A stretch of DNA of 64,000 nt from Patescibacteria group bacterium UBA924 (GTDB taxonomy: Bacteria; Patescibacteriota; Microgenomatia; UBA1400; PJMF01): assembly GCA_002293725.1 (NCBI GenBank), contig DBDU01000015.1, forward strand, positions 19,793-83,792, given 5' to 3'. The notes under the pieces were generated by a model. It made no database searches. It was not told the DNA's origin and saw nothing but the letters and a program-made list of their open reading frames with translations. The translations under genes were made by a program, and so were the position numbers. Each line of letters starts with the position of its first letter. The first letter of the stretch is position 1. Positions 34,768 through 44,967 of this stretch are shown here, piece after piece.

Positions 34768-36537
34768 TTAGCGCTCTAAGACGGCCATAAACGCTTCTTG
34801 GTTCAGCTGTACTTTACCGATCTCTTTCATTCGTTTCTTGCCTTTGGCTTGCTTTTTCAGCAACTTCTGACGTCGAGTTACGTCACCGCCGTAGAGATGT
34901 GCCGTCACATCTTTTCGGTAGGCTTTAATCGTTTCGCGAGCGATAACTTTTCCGCCAATAGCAGCTTGAATCGGAACTTCAAACTGTTGACGTGGAATAA
35001 CTTCTTTAAGCTTCTTAACCAACTGTCGACCAATTTGTTCTGCCCGCTCGCGAACCACGATGACTGACAATGCATCAATGGGCTCATGCTGAACTACCAC
35101 ATTTAACTTGACTGCATCGATTGGTAGGTACTCAGTGACTTCATACTCTAAAGAAGCAAACCCAGAGGAAACTGACTTTAAGTGATCGTGAAAGTGAACA
35201 ATAATCTCGGCTAGAGGTAGCTCATACTCAATTCTGACCCGCGTCCCTACATCCTGTAAGCTCAGCATCTTGCCGCGATGATCCTCAGTCAACTGCATCA
35301 CTGACCCGAGGTACTCCTTAGGCGTGAACAAGATGGCATGAGTCATTGGTTCTTTGATCAATTTAATAGTGGCAGGATCCGGCATCTCGGCGGGAGTTTT
35401 CACTAACATCTCTGTTCCATCAGTCTTCTCCACTTGATAAGTAACCGAAGGCGATGTGGCAATCAGTTCAAGATTAAACTCACGTTCTAAACGCTCACGA
35501 ACAATCTCAGCATGCAAGATTCCCAAGAATCCTACTCGCAGACCATTTCCGAGCGCTGGTGAGTGTGTACCACTAAAGCGTAGGGCTGCATCATGGAGTG
35601 AAAGCTTAGCCATCGCATCTTGAAGAAGGACGAAGTCGTCTCCATCAATGGGATAAAACTCCATGTACACCATTGGCAGTGGTTCTTTATAGCCAGGTAA
35701 TCTGGTGACTGTATCGGCATTTGCAGCTGAAGTGATCGTGTCACCCACCGTTACTTGGCTCACATCTTTCAATCCAGTACAGATGTATCCAACCTCGCCA
35801 GCTTCTAAGTGATCAGTTGGCGTCATTTGGGGAGTAAATACGCCTATTTCAACAGGCAAGAAGTTGGCTTTAGTAGCCATCAGTTGCAGCTTCTGTTTAT
35901 CCAAGCGCCCATCCACGACGCGAATGTAGGCGATCACACCCTTGTGCTGGTCAAAGTGAGAAGTAAAAACTAAGGCTCGAAGTGGCGTGTTAACATCTCC
36001 CTGCGGGGGACGAATGTGTTGGACCACTGCCTCCATTAACGCCTCTGTGTTGAGTCCTGTTTTCGCAGAGACAGCCACGATCCTTTTTTCATCAATACCA
36101 AATGTTTCCATTAGTTCAAGGGAAACGGCATCGACATCGGCGGAGGGAAGATCAATTTTGTTGATCACTGGAATAATATCTAATCCCAGTTCCTTTGCTT
36201 TTTCATAGTTGGAAAGAGTTTGGGCTTGAACACCTTGAGTAGCGTCTACGACAAGTAGTGCTCCTTCACATGCAGCTAACGACCGACTCACTTCATAACC
36301 AAAATCGACGTGACCTGGAGTATCAATTAAGTTGAGAATGTGACCTTGGTACTCCATTCGGACAGGAGCCAACTTGATGGTGATACCGCGTTCTTTTTCA
36401 ATCGGATTACTATCCATCAACCGCTCAGTAAACTCACGTTGTGAGACAGTATGGGTTAACTCAAGCAAACGATCGGTCAAGGTAGTCTTGCCGTGATCGA
36501 TATGCGCAATGATAGAAAAGTTTCTGATATCGGACAA
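34768..36537 (-). CDS. lepA: Elongation factor 4 (LepA)
   Basis: 589 aa; NFSIIAHIDHGKTTLTDRLL, DTPGHVDF, NKID GTPase motifs. Confidence 0.9.
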   Translation of the reverse strand: MSDIRNFSIIAHIDHGKTTLTDRLLELTHTVSQREFTERLMDSNPIEKERGITIKLAPVRMEYQGHILNLIDTPGHVDFGYEVSRSLAACEGALLVVDATQGVQAQTLSNYEKAKELGLDIIPVINKIDLPSADVDAVSLELMETFGIDEKRIVAVSAKTGLNTEALMEAVVQHIRPPQGDVNTPLRALVFTSHFDQHKGVIAYIRVVDGRLDKQKLQLMATKANFLPVEIGVFTPQMTPTDHLEAGEVGYICTGLKDVSQVTVGDTITSAANADTVTRLPGYKEPLPMVYMEFYPIDGDDFVLLQDAMAKLSLHDAALRFSGTHSPALGNGLRVGFLGILHAEIVRERLEREFNLELIATSPSVTYQVEKTDGTEMLVKTPAEMPDPATIKLIKEPMTHAILFTPKEYLGSVMQLTEDHRGKMLSLQDVGTRVRIEYELPLAEIIVHFHDHLKSVSSGFASLEYEVTEYLPIDAVKLNVVVQHEPIDALSVIVVRERAEQIGRQLVKKLKEVIPRQQFEVPIQAAIGGKVIARETIKAYRKDVTAHLYGGDVTRRQKLLKKQAKGKKRMKEIGKVQLNQEAFMAVLER

Positions 36538-36552
36538 ATTCGAGAGTACAGC

Positions 36553-36849
36553 TTACTTCTTGGAAGCTTTTGCTTTGGGCTTAGCGGCTGCTTTTGGTGC
36601 AGGGGCTGCTTCCGTTTTGGCTGCACGTTTAGCTAGTTGGCTCTTCATGCGAGATGCCTTTTTACGGTGGATGACGTGACGACGGACAGCTTTGTCGATT
36701 GCTGAAAAGGCTGAACTCAATGTTGCTGGCTCGGCTTTTTTCTTAGCAGCATCAACTGTTGTCTTCAAACGAGAACGAACAGGTGTGTTTACTTTAGCTT
36801 TGCGCTTACTCACTTTAAGCGCTTTCTTTGCGTTACGAAGAATTGGCAT
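36553..36849 (-). CDS. rpsT: 30S ribosomal protein S20
   Basis: 98 aa basic, MPILRNAKKALKVSKRKAKVN... with Lys/Ala-rich C-terminal extension. Confidence 0.65.
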   Translation of the reverse strand: MPILRNAKKALKVSKRKAKVNTPVRSRLKTTVDAAKKKAEPATLSSAFSAIDKAVRRHVIHRKKASRMKSQLAKRAAKTEAAPAPKAAAKPKAKASKK

Positions 36850-37003
36850 GTGTATTTCCTTTACTAGACCTGCAATTGTACAAAACTTTTCTCAAGATTA
36901 CAAACCCTTTTCCATTTATTCTCCTTTTTGGAGAGAAGAACTCCTCGCTTTCCAAGCAAGACAGAAGCGATTAAAATGAGAGTTCAAGCGAAAAGTAGTT
37001 TCT

Positions 37004-38695
37004 ATGGTATTCCGCCTCCCCAAGTTATTGAGCACCTACACTGACTGGCTCGAGAAACAGCAGAACAGTATTCTCTCTGCAGCAGTGATTATCACCGTAG
37101 CAAATATTGCCTCAGCTTTGTCTGGGTTAGTTCGTCAACGTTTACTGATCTCTCACTTTTTCGATACGTTATCTTCCCAGCAAGCGTATGAGGCATTTCT
37201 GTTGGCGTTTCAGATTCCCGACTTGATGTTTCAGTTGATCGTACTAGGAGCCGTTTCTGCTGCCTTCATTCCTATCTTGAGCATGTACAAGAACAATAAG
37301 GAAGAAGAGCTCCGTTACATGAACTCGATGATGAACAGCGTCATGTTGCTTTTTATTGCCGTTGGCGTGTTGGTTTTTATCTTTGCCGAACCGCTGACGA
37401 AGCTGCGCACAGGTGACGCTTTCACCGCTGAACAACTTCATATTGCGGTACAGATGACCAGAATCATGGTTTTTGCTCAGTTTTTCTTTGCTATCTCGAA
37501 CTTCTTTACCGGCATGTTGCAGTCCTATAAACGCTTCATTGTGCCTGCACTCGCACCAATTCTCTATAACGTTGGTATTTTGCTAGGAGCCTATCTCCTC
37601 TCTCCGTACTTTGGTATCTATGCGGCTGGAATTGGGGTGGTGCTGGGAGCGGCTCTTCATATGGTGATCCAAACACCACTCGTTTTTAAATTGGGCTTCC
37701 GCTTCAAACCCATTATGGCTTTGAAAGATCCTGCTGTAGTACGAACGTATAAGCTCACACCAGCTCGCACTGCTAGTCTGGCTATTAATCAAGTTCAACA
37801 GTTGGCAGACGGCTTTTTTACTACCTCGATTGGAAAGTTAAGTTACTTGATTATGAACTTGGCGTTCTCATTAATGACGATGCCAATTCGGTTTTTTGGC
37901 GTACCTATTAGTCAAGCAGCCCTGCCATTTTTATCCGATGAAGCCAATAGTCGCGATTTGGGTAGATTTAAAGATTTAGTCTTAAAATCGATTCACCAAA
38001 TCGCTTTCCTGGCTTATCCAGCATCAGTGCTGCTCTTAATCTTGCGTGTTCCCATTGTCCGTATTGCGTATGGAACACACAACTTCCCTTGGGAAACGAC
38101 TCTAATCACCGGCCGAGTTGTAGCGATCATCTCGTTGTCGATTGCTGCCCAATCTATTGTTCAGCTTCTCATCCGCTCTTTTTATGCATTAAAAGACACC
38201 AAAACACCACTGTACATCACTATTATTACGGTGGTTTTCTACATGATTGGCTCTGCGCTTTCCGTCTTCGTGTTTAAGCTGGGGGTAATCGGCATGGCAA
38301 CGGTACTTACAGTAGCCAATATTATTGAAATGCTGCTTTTCTTGTACTGCTTAGATAAACGAGTCAGTGGTTTTGCCCGCAAAGAGTTTTGGATTCCTCA
38401 AATTAAGATGATTATTACCAGCTTCTTGATGGCAATCTTCCTTTACTTACCATTCCGTATTCTTGATGAGTTAGTCTTTGATACTACCAGAACTATCGAA
38501 CTGATCTTACTAACGCTTAGTACGGGCACGATTGGTATGTTGGTCTATATCTACTTTGCGTTGCTCCTTGATATTCGCGAGCTGTATATCATTACCAGTT
38601 TGATTAATAAATTTGGCAACTGGCAGAAGCCTTTGGCTAAAAGTGAAGAAGTACTTGTCGAGTCCCCAAGCGCATCTGAAGACATGCAACCATAG
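37004..38695 (+). CDS. murJ: Lipid II flippase MurJ (MviN, MOP superfamily)
   Basis: 563 aa, 14 predicted TM; N-terminal SALSGLVRQRLLISHFFDT...AYEAFLLAFQIPDLMFQLIVLGAVSAAFIPIL matches MurJ signature. Confidence 0.8.
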   Translation: MVFRLPKLLSTYTDWLEKQQNSILSAAVIITVANIASALSGLVRQRLLISHFFDTLSSQQAYEAFLLAFQIPDLMFQLIVLGAVSAAFIPILSMYKNNKEEELRYMNSMMNSVMLLFIAVGVLVFIFAEPLTKLRTGDAFTAEQLHIAVQMTRIMVFAQFFFAISNFFTGMLQSYKRFIVPALAPILYNVGILLGAYLLSPYFGIYAAGIGVVLGAALHMVIQTPLVFKLGFRFKPIMALKDPAVVRTYKLTPARTASLAINQVQQLADGFFTTSIGKLSYLIMNLAFSLMTMPIRFFGVPISQAALPFLSDEANSRDLGRFKDLVLKSIHQIAFLAYPASVLLLILRVPIVRIAYGTHNFPWETTLITGRVVAIISLSIAAQSIVQLLIRSFYALKDTKTPLYITIITVVFYMIGSALSVFVFKLGVIGMATVLTVANIIEMLLFLYCLDKRVSGFARKEFWIPQIKMIITSFLMAIFLYLPFRILDELVFDTTRTIELILLTLSTGTIGMLVYIYFALLLDIRELYIITSLINKFGNWQKPLAKSEEVLVESPSASEDMQP

Positions 38696-38727
38696 AGAAG
38701 ACAGTTCTTGGTCAGCTGACCAACAGT

Positions 38728-39312
38728 GTGTACAATGGAAAAGGAATGAAGAAGCCTGCCACTATTAAGGTCAATTTACTGCCGAAAGACCCGTTCCTCA
38801 GCACGCCTGTTGGGAAGTTATTGCAGTGGTCCTTATCGATTGGCCGTTACTTAATTATCTTTACCGAGCTGGTAGTGATTGTTAGCTTTGCCAGCCGTTT
38901 TACCATTGACCGACAGATTACAGACTTAAACACTGCCATTTTGCAGAAGGAAACAGTTATCAACTCATATGGTGAACTAGAGCAAAACGTTCGTGATGCC
39001 CAGAAAAAAATTGATAGCTATCAACAGATTCAGCAACAAGAAAATGTCACTGATATCTTCCCCACGTTAACTGAGGTCACACCCCCAGATGTCGTATTGA
39101 CTGATCTTCAGATGCGCCCGGGTCGGGTCACCTTAACAGGTACAACACTTTCAAATGTCTCCCTAGGTATTTTGATTAATAACTTGCAAGTTTCAGGACG
39201 CTTTACCGATGTAAGTGTGGAGCGGATTGGAACAGCAAAGGATACGAACAGCGGCCTTGGTTTTAAGATTGAGGCTAATGTCAAAAAAGTGGTAACCCAA
39301 AATGGCAACTAG
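38728..39312 (+). CDS. Type IV pilus assembly protein PilN-like
   Basis: 194 aa; IKVNLLPKD N-terminal motif typical of PilN, single TM, coiled coil. Confidence 0.5.
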   Translation: MYNGKGMKKPATIKVNLLPKDPFLSTPVGKLLQWSLSIGRYLIIFTELVVIVSFASRFTIDRQITDLNTAILQKETVINSYGELEQNVRDAQKKIDSYQQIQQQENVTDIFPTLTEVTPPDVVLTDLQMRPGRVTLTGTTLSNVSLGILINNLQVSGRFTDVSVERIGTAKDTNSGLGFKIEANVKKVVTQNGN

Positions 39313-39967
39313 TCGCAGTAAACAACTGACCACCATGCTCTTGCAGTTCTACGATCGACCAATCGCCAAGGTCTCGTTGGAGCTTTTCTTTACGATTGGA
39401 GCAGTGATTATCTTTGCCATATTTGCTATTCGTCCCACCCTGCAAACAATGGGCGCTTTAGTCAAAGAACTCGATGATAAGCGTGCGCTTAATCAACGCT
39501 TGGCTCAAAAAGTTGCGGCGCTTTCTACTGCTCAAACGCAGTATCAATCTTTACAGGAGCGCTTAACTATTTTAGATGAAGCAATACCGCCAACCCCAGA
39601 ATTTGAAGAAGCCTTATTAGTGATTGAGAAGATCGCAAGTGAAAGTCAGCTAACAATTATTTCTCTTCAAGCCAAAGAGGTTCCTAAGGAACCGGAAACC
39701 GACGTTCCTTTTGCTCAAAAGTCACGCGTCAGTCGCCCCATTGTGTTGACCGTCATTGGTGACTATCCGTCTATTCGCGAGCTGATTGAGAACTTACAGT
39801 CTAATCGTCGTGTTCTTTCTGTTGATACCGTCGTTTTCTCTATTACTGAGCAACGAGGACGCAAAGTTCTGCAGGCAAACATAACTATAAATGTTCCATT
39901 CTTTGCCTACGATCCTGCTAAAGCGGCAACTCCAGCCCCAGCACCAACAGAAACACCTATTCCATGA
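39302..39967 (+). CDS. Type IV pilus assembly protein PilO-like
   Basis: 221 aa; TM then coiled coil (LAQKVAALSTAQTQYQSLQERL) and C-terminal beta domain; 11-nt overlap with pilN-like gene. Confidence 0.4.
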   Translation: MATSRSKQLTTMLLQFYDRPIAKVSLELFFTIGAVIIFAIFAIRPTLQTMGALVKELDDKRALNQRLAQKVAALSTAQTQYQSLQERLTILDEAIPPTPEFEEALLVIEKIASESQLTIISLQAKEVPKEPETDVPFAQKSRVSRPIVLTVIGDYPSIRELIENLQSNRRVLSVDTVVFSITEQRGRKVLQANITINVPFFAYDPAKAATPAPAPTETPIP

Positions 39968-40479
39968 AAACACAGCTCTCTCAACTCCAGCAAAAACAAA
40001 CCTTCCTGAAAATCCTGATCTTCACTTTAGTGACAGTGATTGTTTGGGTAGGATTGACGCTTTTCAGAACTCAACGAGAAACTGGAATTTCTCCTGAACT
40101 GCTAAAGATGGCGGAGGCTTTGAATCCGAACATTAATGAAGAGGTTATTAGCCAAATTGAACAAAAACGAGCATTTAGCCCAGAGGAGCTGAGTGACTTC
40201 CCTGTGTACTCAATTGTCACTTCTAAAACTGGTGAAGAATCAATCGTTGTCTTTACAGCTTCAGATAGATCTCGGCGTGTACTGGAAACTGGAACAGGAA
40301 CAAATGCCCCAGCAACTCCAAATCAAGATACAGCTCCTGGCATTCCGACAGAAACACAACCAACTGAAAATGGCGGAACGGTGAGTGTAGAACCCGCTAA
40401 TCCACAGCAACCCATCGACGTGATTCCCCCCGACCAAGCTCCTCCTGAAACAGGACCTGTTCCACCTCCAGGTACATAG
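39964..40479 (+). CDS. Membrane-anchored Pro/Thr-rich protein (PilP-like?)
   Basis: 171 aa; 4-nt overlap with upstream gene; TM then P/T/Q-rich tail. Confidence 0.25.
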   Translation: MKTQLSQLQQKQTFLKILIFTLVTVIVWVGLTLFRTQRETGISPELLKMAEALNPNINEEVISQIEQKRAFSPEELSDFPVYSIVTSKTGEESIVVFTASDRSRRVLETGTGTNAPATPNQDTAPGIPTETQPTENGGTVSVEPANPQQPIDVIPPDQAPPETGPVPPPGT

Positions 40480-40575
40480 GTTTTCAACTCTGCCTTAATG
40501 TATCGTTTTGTTCTATTTATTTCGTATCTTTTTCGCGTTGTTTTCCCAGACTAAGTTCTCTACAGTAATAAGGAC

Positions 40576-42141
40576 ATGAAACGCGCGTTTGCCCAACGTC
40601 AAATCCCGACTTTGCTAGGCTTAGGAGTATTAATTGCTTCTTTAGTGGGTGGTATTGCCTTCATTGGTACTGGAGGTGGCGTTTTTGCACCCCGAGCAAC
40701 TCCACAAACTACACCTAAAAATCTAAAAATCACCAATGTCAAAGACACTGGACTGACGATCTCGTTCATGACCGACGAAGCTACAGCTGGCTTCGTCAAG
40801 TATGGTAAGTCTGCTGACAGTATGACTACCCAAGCTAGCGATGATCGAGACCAACTCGCTGGGACGGTTAATCAATACAGTAGTCACTACATCACTTTGC
40901 GAGATCTTGATCCAGGAACAGAGTACTTCTTCACCGTCGGGACAACCTCCGTCCCCAAGTTTGATAATAATGGCGTACCTTTTACCGTAAAAACTGCTAA
41001 TCGAGGTGGAAGCCCCACCGCAGCCAAAACTGCGTATGGAACTATTAATAACTCCACTGGCGCTCCAGCTGATGGAGCTATCGTTTACATGACGATGAAT
41101 GGCGTAGCAGAGCTTTCAGCATTGGTCAAAGGTTCTGGTAGTTGGGCAATTCCACTCTCTAATGCTCGTACTGCAGATCTCTCTGGTTACGCGAACTTGC
41201 AGCCAACAGATACTGTTCAAATCTTTGTTCAAGGTACCCAAATTAACGAAACTGGCGCAGCTCAACTCCCTGTTTCAGATACACAACCAGTTCCCACCAT
41301 TACGTTAGGGAGCGGGAGTGCCGCCACCGACACTGGCCTTCAGGCAGAATCAACGCAAACAGCTCCTGAAGAGTTTACAACGGCTTCCGAAGACTCTCTG
41401 GCTTCCTTATCAACAACCGAGACAGATACAGAAAATACTGGGGCAGGTCCAATAACTGACCCTAATGAACTTACTGCAATTGCAATGCGCTCACCTGTTC
41501 CTTCTACTCAACCTGAGATGGAAACCCAAAATACTCAAATGGTTGATACTGTGGATCTGACAATTCCCGAACAGCAAACGGTAGAAACAGGACAGCCAAC
41601 AATCACCGGTAAGGCAGCTCCTAACATTCTTATTACTGTTCAAGTAAACTCCGAGACCCAGATTACAACTCAAGTTCAAACAGACGCTGAGGGAAACTTT
41701 GTCTTGCCTTTAAGTAACGGTGATCAAACCTTAGAGCCTGGTGAGCACACCGTGACTTATAGTTATACTGATCCAGTTACGGGAGAAGAAAAAAGCGTTA
41801 CAAGAACTTTTTTTGTTTCAGGGCCAGGAAATGATACTGCACTACTGGCTCAAGCCAATCCTAGTCCAACCCCATTTGGCTCTCAAAACCCATTCACTAT
41901 TCCGTCACCTTCTCCATCACCAAGCCTGTTACCGTCGCCAACAGCTTCGGCTAGTGCCACGCCTTCAGCTTCTCCAAGAGTTGTCGTGCCGGCGACCGAC
42001 AGTGCTATTCCAAGATCTGGGTCTACAAGTGTAACAATAGCGTTAATTGTGGGTGGGTTCTTCATGATTGGCTTAGGCGTATGGAGTTATCGCTATAACT
42101 TGCGACAGGCGCTTATTGATTCAGAAGAAGACTCCGCCTAA
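40576..42141 (+). CDS. Surface protein with N-terminal anchor, FN3/purple-acid-phosphatase-N-like domain, Ig-like domains, Ser/Pro-rich stalk and C-terminal TM anchor
   Basis: 521 aa; LKITNVKDTGLTISFMTDEATAGFVKYG...YSSHYITLRDLDPGTEYFFTV FN3-like; ...IPSPSPSPSLLPSPTASASATPSASP... then TIALIVGGFFMIGLGVWSYRY. Confidence 0.4.
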   Translation: MKRAFAQRQIPTLLGLGVLIASLVGGIAFIGTGGGVFAPRATPQTTPKNLKITNVKDTGLTISFMTDEATAGFVKYGKSADSMTTQASDDRDQLAGTVNQYSSHYITLRDLDPGTEYFFTVGTTSVPKFDNNGVPFTVKTANRGGSPTAAKTAYGTINNSTGAPADGAIVYMTMNGVAELSALVKGSGSWAIPLSNARTADLSGYANLQPTDTVQIFVQGTQINETGAAQLPVSDTQPVPTITLGSGSAATDTGLQAESTQTAPEEFTTASEDSLASLSTTETDTENTGAGPITDPNELTAIAMRSPVPSTQPEMETQNTQMVDTVDLTIPEQQTVETGQPTITGKAAPNILITVQVNSETQITTQVQTDAEGNFVLPLSNGDQTLEPGEHTVTYSYTDPVTGEEKSVTRTFFVSGPGNDTALLAQANPSPTPFGSQNPFTIPSPSPSPSLLPSPTASASATPSASPRVVVPATDSAIPRSGSTSVTIALIVGGFFMIGLGVWSYRYNLRQALIDSEEDSA

Positions 42142-42153
42142 CATACAAGTCTT

Positions 42154-42879
42154 GTGCACACTGCTTCGTATCACCTCAGCTGGCAGAAAAGGCTCTTTGA
42201 CATTTGCATGTCCTTAGTTTTGGTGACGGCGCTTCTGCCGGTCTTTTGCACAGTGGTTCTACTAGTTCTCGCTTTCTCAGGACAGCCAATTCTTTTTTGG
42301 CAAGAGCGGATGGGTCATGGTAAAAAACCATTTAAAATGCTGAAGTTTCGAACCATGCGACATGACGCAGAGAAAGAAAAAAAGAAGCTCCTCAAGTATA
42401 ACGAAGCACCGCAACCCATGTTTAAGATGCGAAATGATCCTCGCTTTACAAAGGTTGGCCGCTTCCTGTCTCGAACAGGTCTAGATGAACTTCCTCAGTT
42501 CTTTCATGTTCTAACTGGAAAGATGAGCTTTATTGGGCCCCGACCTTTACCGATTAAAGAAGCTCAAAAACTCCCTAAAGATTGGGACTTCCGCTATAAC
42601 ATTAAACCAGGAATTATCTCTCACTGGGCTGTAGCAACCGATCGTTATACATCCCTTAAACGCTGGCGAGAGCTTGATCAGCAGACTGTCGACACTGGTT
42701 CGCTTCGTTCAGATATGAAGTTAATCGGACAGTGTTTCTACTTTTTACTACCGTCAAAAATCAAGGCACTGTTAAAGAAAAGCCGTGTAGGAGCTGGCGG
42801 TACGCTGCCACGTATATCGTCGCAAAACACGACGGTCGTTAGTCGAAAACGGGCGCCGCTTCGCTCTTTTGTGCAGTAG
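42154..42879 (+). CDS. Initiating phosphoglycosyl transferase (bacterial sugar transferase, PglC/WbaP C-domain type)
   Basis: 241 aa; single N-terminal TM; KMLKFRTMRHDAE...PQPMFKMRNDPRFTKVGRFLSRTGLDELPQF...SFIGPRPL hallmark motifs. Confidence 0.8.
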   Translation: MHTASYHLSWQKRLFDICMSLVLVTALLPVFCTVVLLVLAFSGQPILFWQERMGHGKKPFKMLKFRTMRHDAEKEKKKLLKYNEAPQPMFKMRNDPRFTKVGRFLSRTGLDELPQFFHVLTGKMSFIGPRPLPIKEAQKLPKDWDFRYNIKPGIISHWAVATDRYTSLKRWRELDQQTVDTGSLRSDMKLIGQCFYFLLPSKIKALLKKSRVGAGGTLPRISSQNTTVVSRKRAPLRSFVQ

Positions 42880-43860
42880 CTGTTTGAGTACCCGATTAAA
42901 ATCTTCCTGACTACTTGCTTCAAATGTTTCAATAAGTGGCAAACTGGCAAAGTCACTAGGCAAGATACCGTGTGCAAGGAGGGAGGGCGTCCTCATTGCT
43001 ACTGCCTCCAGAATAGTAATAGGAAAGCCTTCTAGTTCTGAAGGAAGAACTAAGTACTTGGCTTGGGCTAAGACTTCCCATTTTTCTTGACCAATTGCTG
43101 AGCCATACCAATTCACGTACTTACTTTGATACTGCTGACGCAGTTTCTTTTCGTAGTCTGGCGTATTGCCATGTGTTCCCACGATCAAACAAGGCACACC
43201 TTGCGTTGCACTAAACTCCAGTAACCACTCAACTCTTTTTTCTGGTACGAGACGACCTAGATACAACAGATAGTCCTGACGTTTCATGTGATGATCAAGG
43301 TGTGGCGGATGCGGGATGCCAGGATAGGCTACGTGACACTCTCTCTTACTAATCTGGCGAATTTTTTCGGCCAAGGCTTCGGTTACTGCAAACAGCTCTC
43401 CATTGCGGACCACTCGCATAATAAACTCAGAAGAGATCCTAAAACTGAGGCTTTCTGTTCTTCCCCATTTTTTGCGTTGCCAGTCTAAACTGTGAATAGT
43501 GACCCAAATTTTTTTGCCAAATAAAGCAGGGATCCAAGCACCAATTGCCATACCGGCAGTGTGATACCAGACCACATCTGCTTTGGAAAAAGCAGCAATG
43601 ATGGAGGCCATCAGACTATAACTCACCGCTTCCAGAATTTTTCCTGGTAAAGCAATTAGACCTCGGACTTGGACTCGCTCCAATGGAGTACTAGAGACAA
43701 CTTGCTCCTGGTAGGTAGTTCTGGTCAGAACAGTAACTTCTAACTCTTTTTCTGCCTGTACAAGCGCTGACACAGCCGAGTAGACGTATGTTTCCACCCC
43801 ACTTGTTCCCACAAAGTCAGCTGGAAAAGCACGTGGCCCAATAATAAGTAATTTTTTCAT
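42772..43860 (-). CDS. Glycosyltransferase family 4 (GT-B)
   Basis: 362 aa; C-terminal ...LVLPSELEGFPITILEAVAMRTPSL... EX7E motif. Confidence 0.7.
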   Translation of the reverse strand: MKKLLIIGPRAFPADFVGTSGVETYVYSAVSALVQAEKELEVTVLTRTTYQEQVVSSTPLERVQVRGLIALPGKILEAVSYSLMASIIAAFSKADVVWYHTAGMAIGAWIPALFGKKIWVTIHSLDWQRKKWGRTESLSFRISSEFIMRVVRNGELFAVTEALAEKIRQISKRECHVAYPGIPHPPHLDHHMKRQDYLLYLGRLVPEKRVEWLLEFSATQGVPCLIVGTHGNTPDYEKKLRQQYQSKYVNWYGSAIGQEKWEVLAQAKYLVLPSELEGFPITILEAVAMRTPSLLAHGILPSDFASLPLIETFEASSQEDFNRVLKQLLHKRAKRRPFSTNDRRVLRRYTWQRTASSYTAFL

Positions 43861-43866
43861 GACACA

Positions 43867-44967
43867 TCACCTAGTTTTTAGTACTTCTTCGATCCTTCGG
43901 GCAAAGACCTCGGGCCGAAAGCCTTTGGCAAAGGTAACGCAAGCACTGGGTTGTAGGGGCTGGCGTTCTAACTTTCGTACTGCTGCGTACAATGCTGCTG
44001 GCGTTTTATCTTTAAAATAATACCCTGTTTTCCCTTCCTTAATCGTCTCAAGTACACCACCACTTCGATATGCTATTACTGGAACACCCAACATTTGTGC
44101 CTCCAACGGGACAATGCCAAAATCTTCCTCCTCTGCAGCATACAGCAGGGCAATAGCAGATTGATAGAGTTTAGGTAGTTTTTGATCATCAACAAAACCT
44201 AAGAACTCGACTGTTTTCCCAGCACTCTGTTGGAGTAAAGAGTGCAAGTACCCTGTTCCTACCACTTTCAATGGCAGTTCATATTGAGTACAAGTTCTCA
44301 CAATCAGGTCCAAACCCTTCTGCTTCACCAGACGACTATGGGCAACATAGTACTGTTTGTGCTTCATTGCTGTGTTTTTGGTGGTTACTTGCTTAACAGA
44401 TACAGGTGGGTAAACAATAGCTGCTGTCCGACGATATATCTTCTGAACTCGTTGTTGAACTTCTTGCGAGTTAGCTACCAGGTGGGTAGGTCGCTGAGCA
44501 GCTCGGAAGTCAACTCGCTTTAAGTAGGCAAAAAACCATCCCAAAAAAGGAAGTTTGGTGAGATGAGCTAGTTCATGTCGATAGCCATATAGAAAACGGG
44601 GCGGTGTATGAATATAAGAAAGATGAACTGCTTCCTTATCTACTTTAACAGCCTTAGCGTTGTATGAATGCGTAGAGCTGATAACAAGATCGTAATCTCG
44701 GAGGTCAAGGTGGTGAAAGTGCCACCATGCTAAGGGCTTCAAGACCGAAAAGTACTGCTTAAGAAAAGATAACCATTGAAATGGTTGAATAAATGATCCA
44801 TGCCATCGGTGAGCATCAAACTGTTTACTGAGCTGTTCGTTCTTAGTATTAAAGAAAAAAGTATAGAGATCAGCATGGGGGAATATTTTGATCAGCGCTT
44901 CCACTACTCGTTCAGAACCGCCATATTCAAGTAAGTTATCGTGAACAATAGCAACTTTTCTTTTCAT
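43867..44967 (-). CDS. Glycosyltransferase family 4 (GT-B)
   Basis: 366 aa; ...AAEEEDFGIVPLEAQMLGVPVIAYRSGGVLETI... Confidence 0.75.
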   Translation of the reverse strand: MKRKVAIVHDNLLEYGGSERVVEALIKIFPHADLYTFFFNTKNEQLSKQFDAHRWHGSFIQPFQWLSFLKQYFSVLKPLAWWHFHHLDLRDYDLVISSTHSYNAKAVKVDKEAVHLSYIHTPPRFLYGYRHELAHLTKLPFLGWFFAYLKRVDFRAAQRPTHLVANSQEVQQRVQKIYRRTAAIVYPPVSVKQVTTKNTAMKHKQYYVAHSRLVKQKGLDLIVRTCTQYELPLKVVGTGYLHSLLQQSAGKTVEFLGFVDDQKLPKLYQSAIALLYAAEEEDFGIVPLEAQMLGVPVIAYRSGGVLETIKEGKTGYYFKDKTPAALYAAVRKLERQPLQPSACVTFAKGFRPEVFARRIEEVLKTR

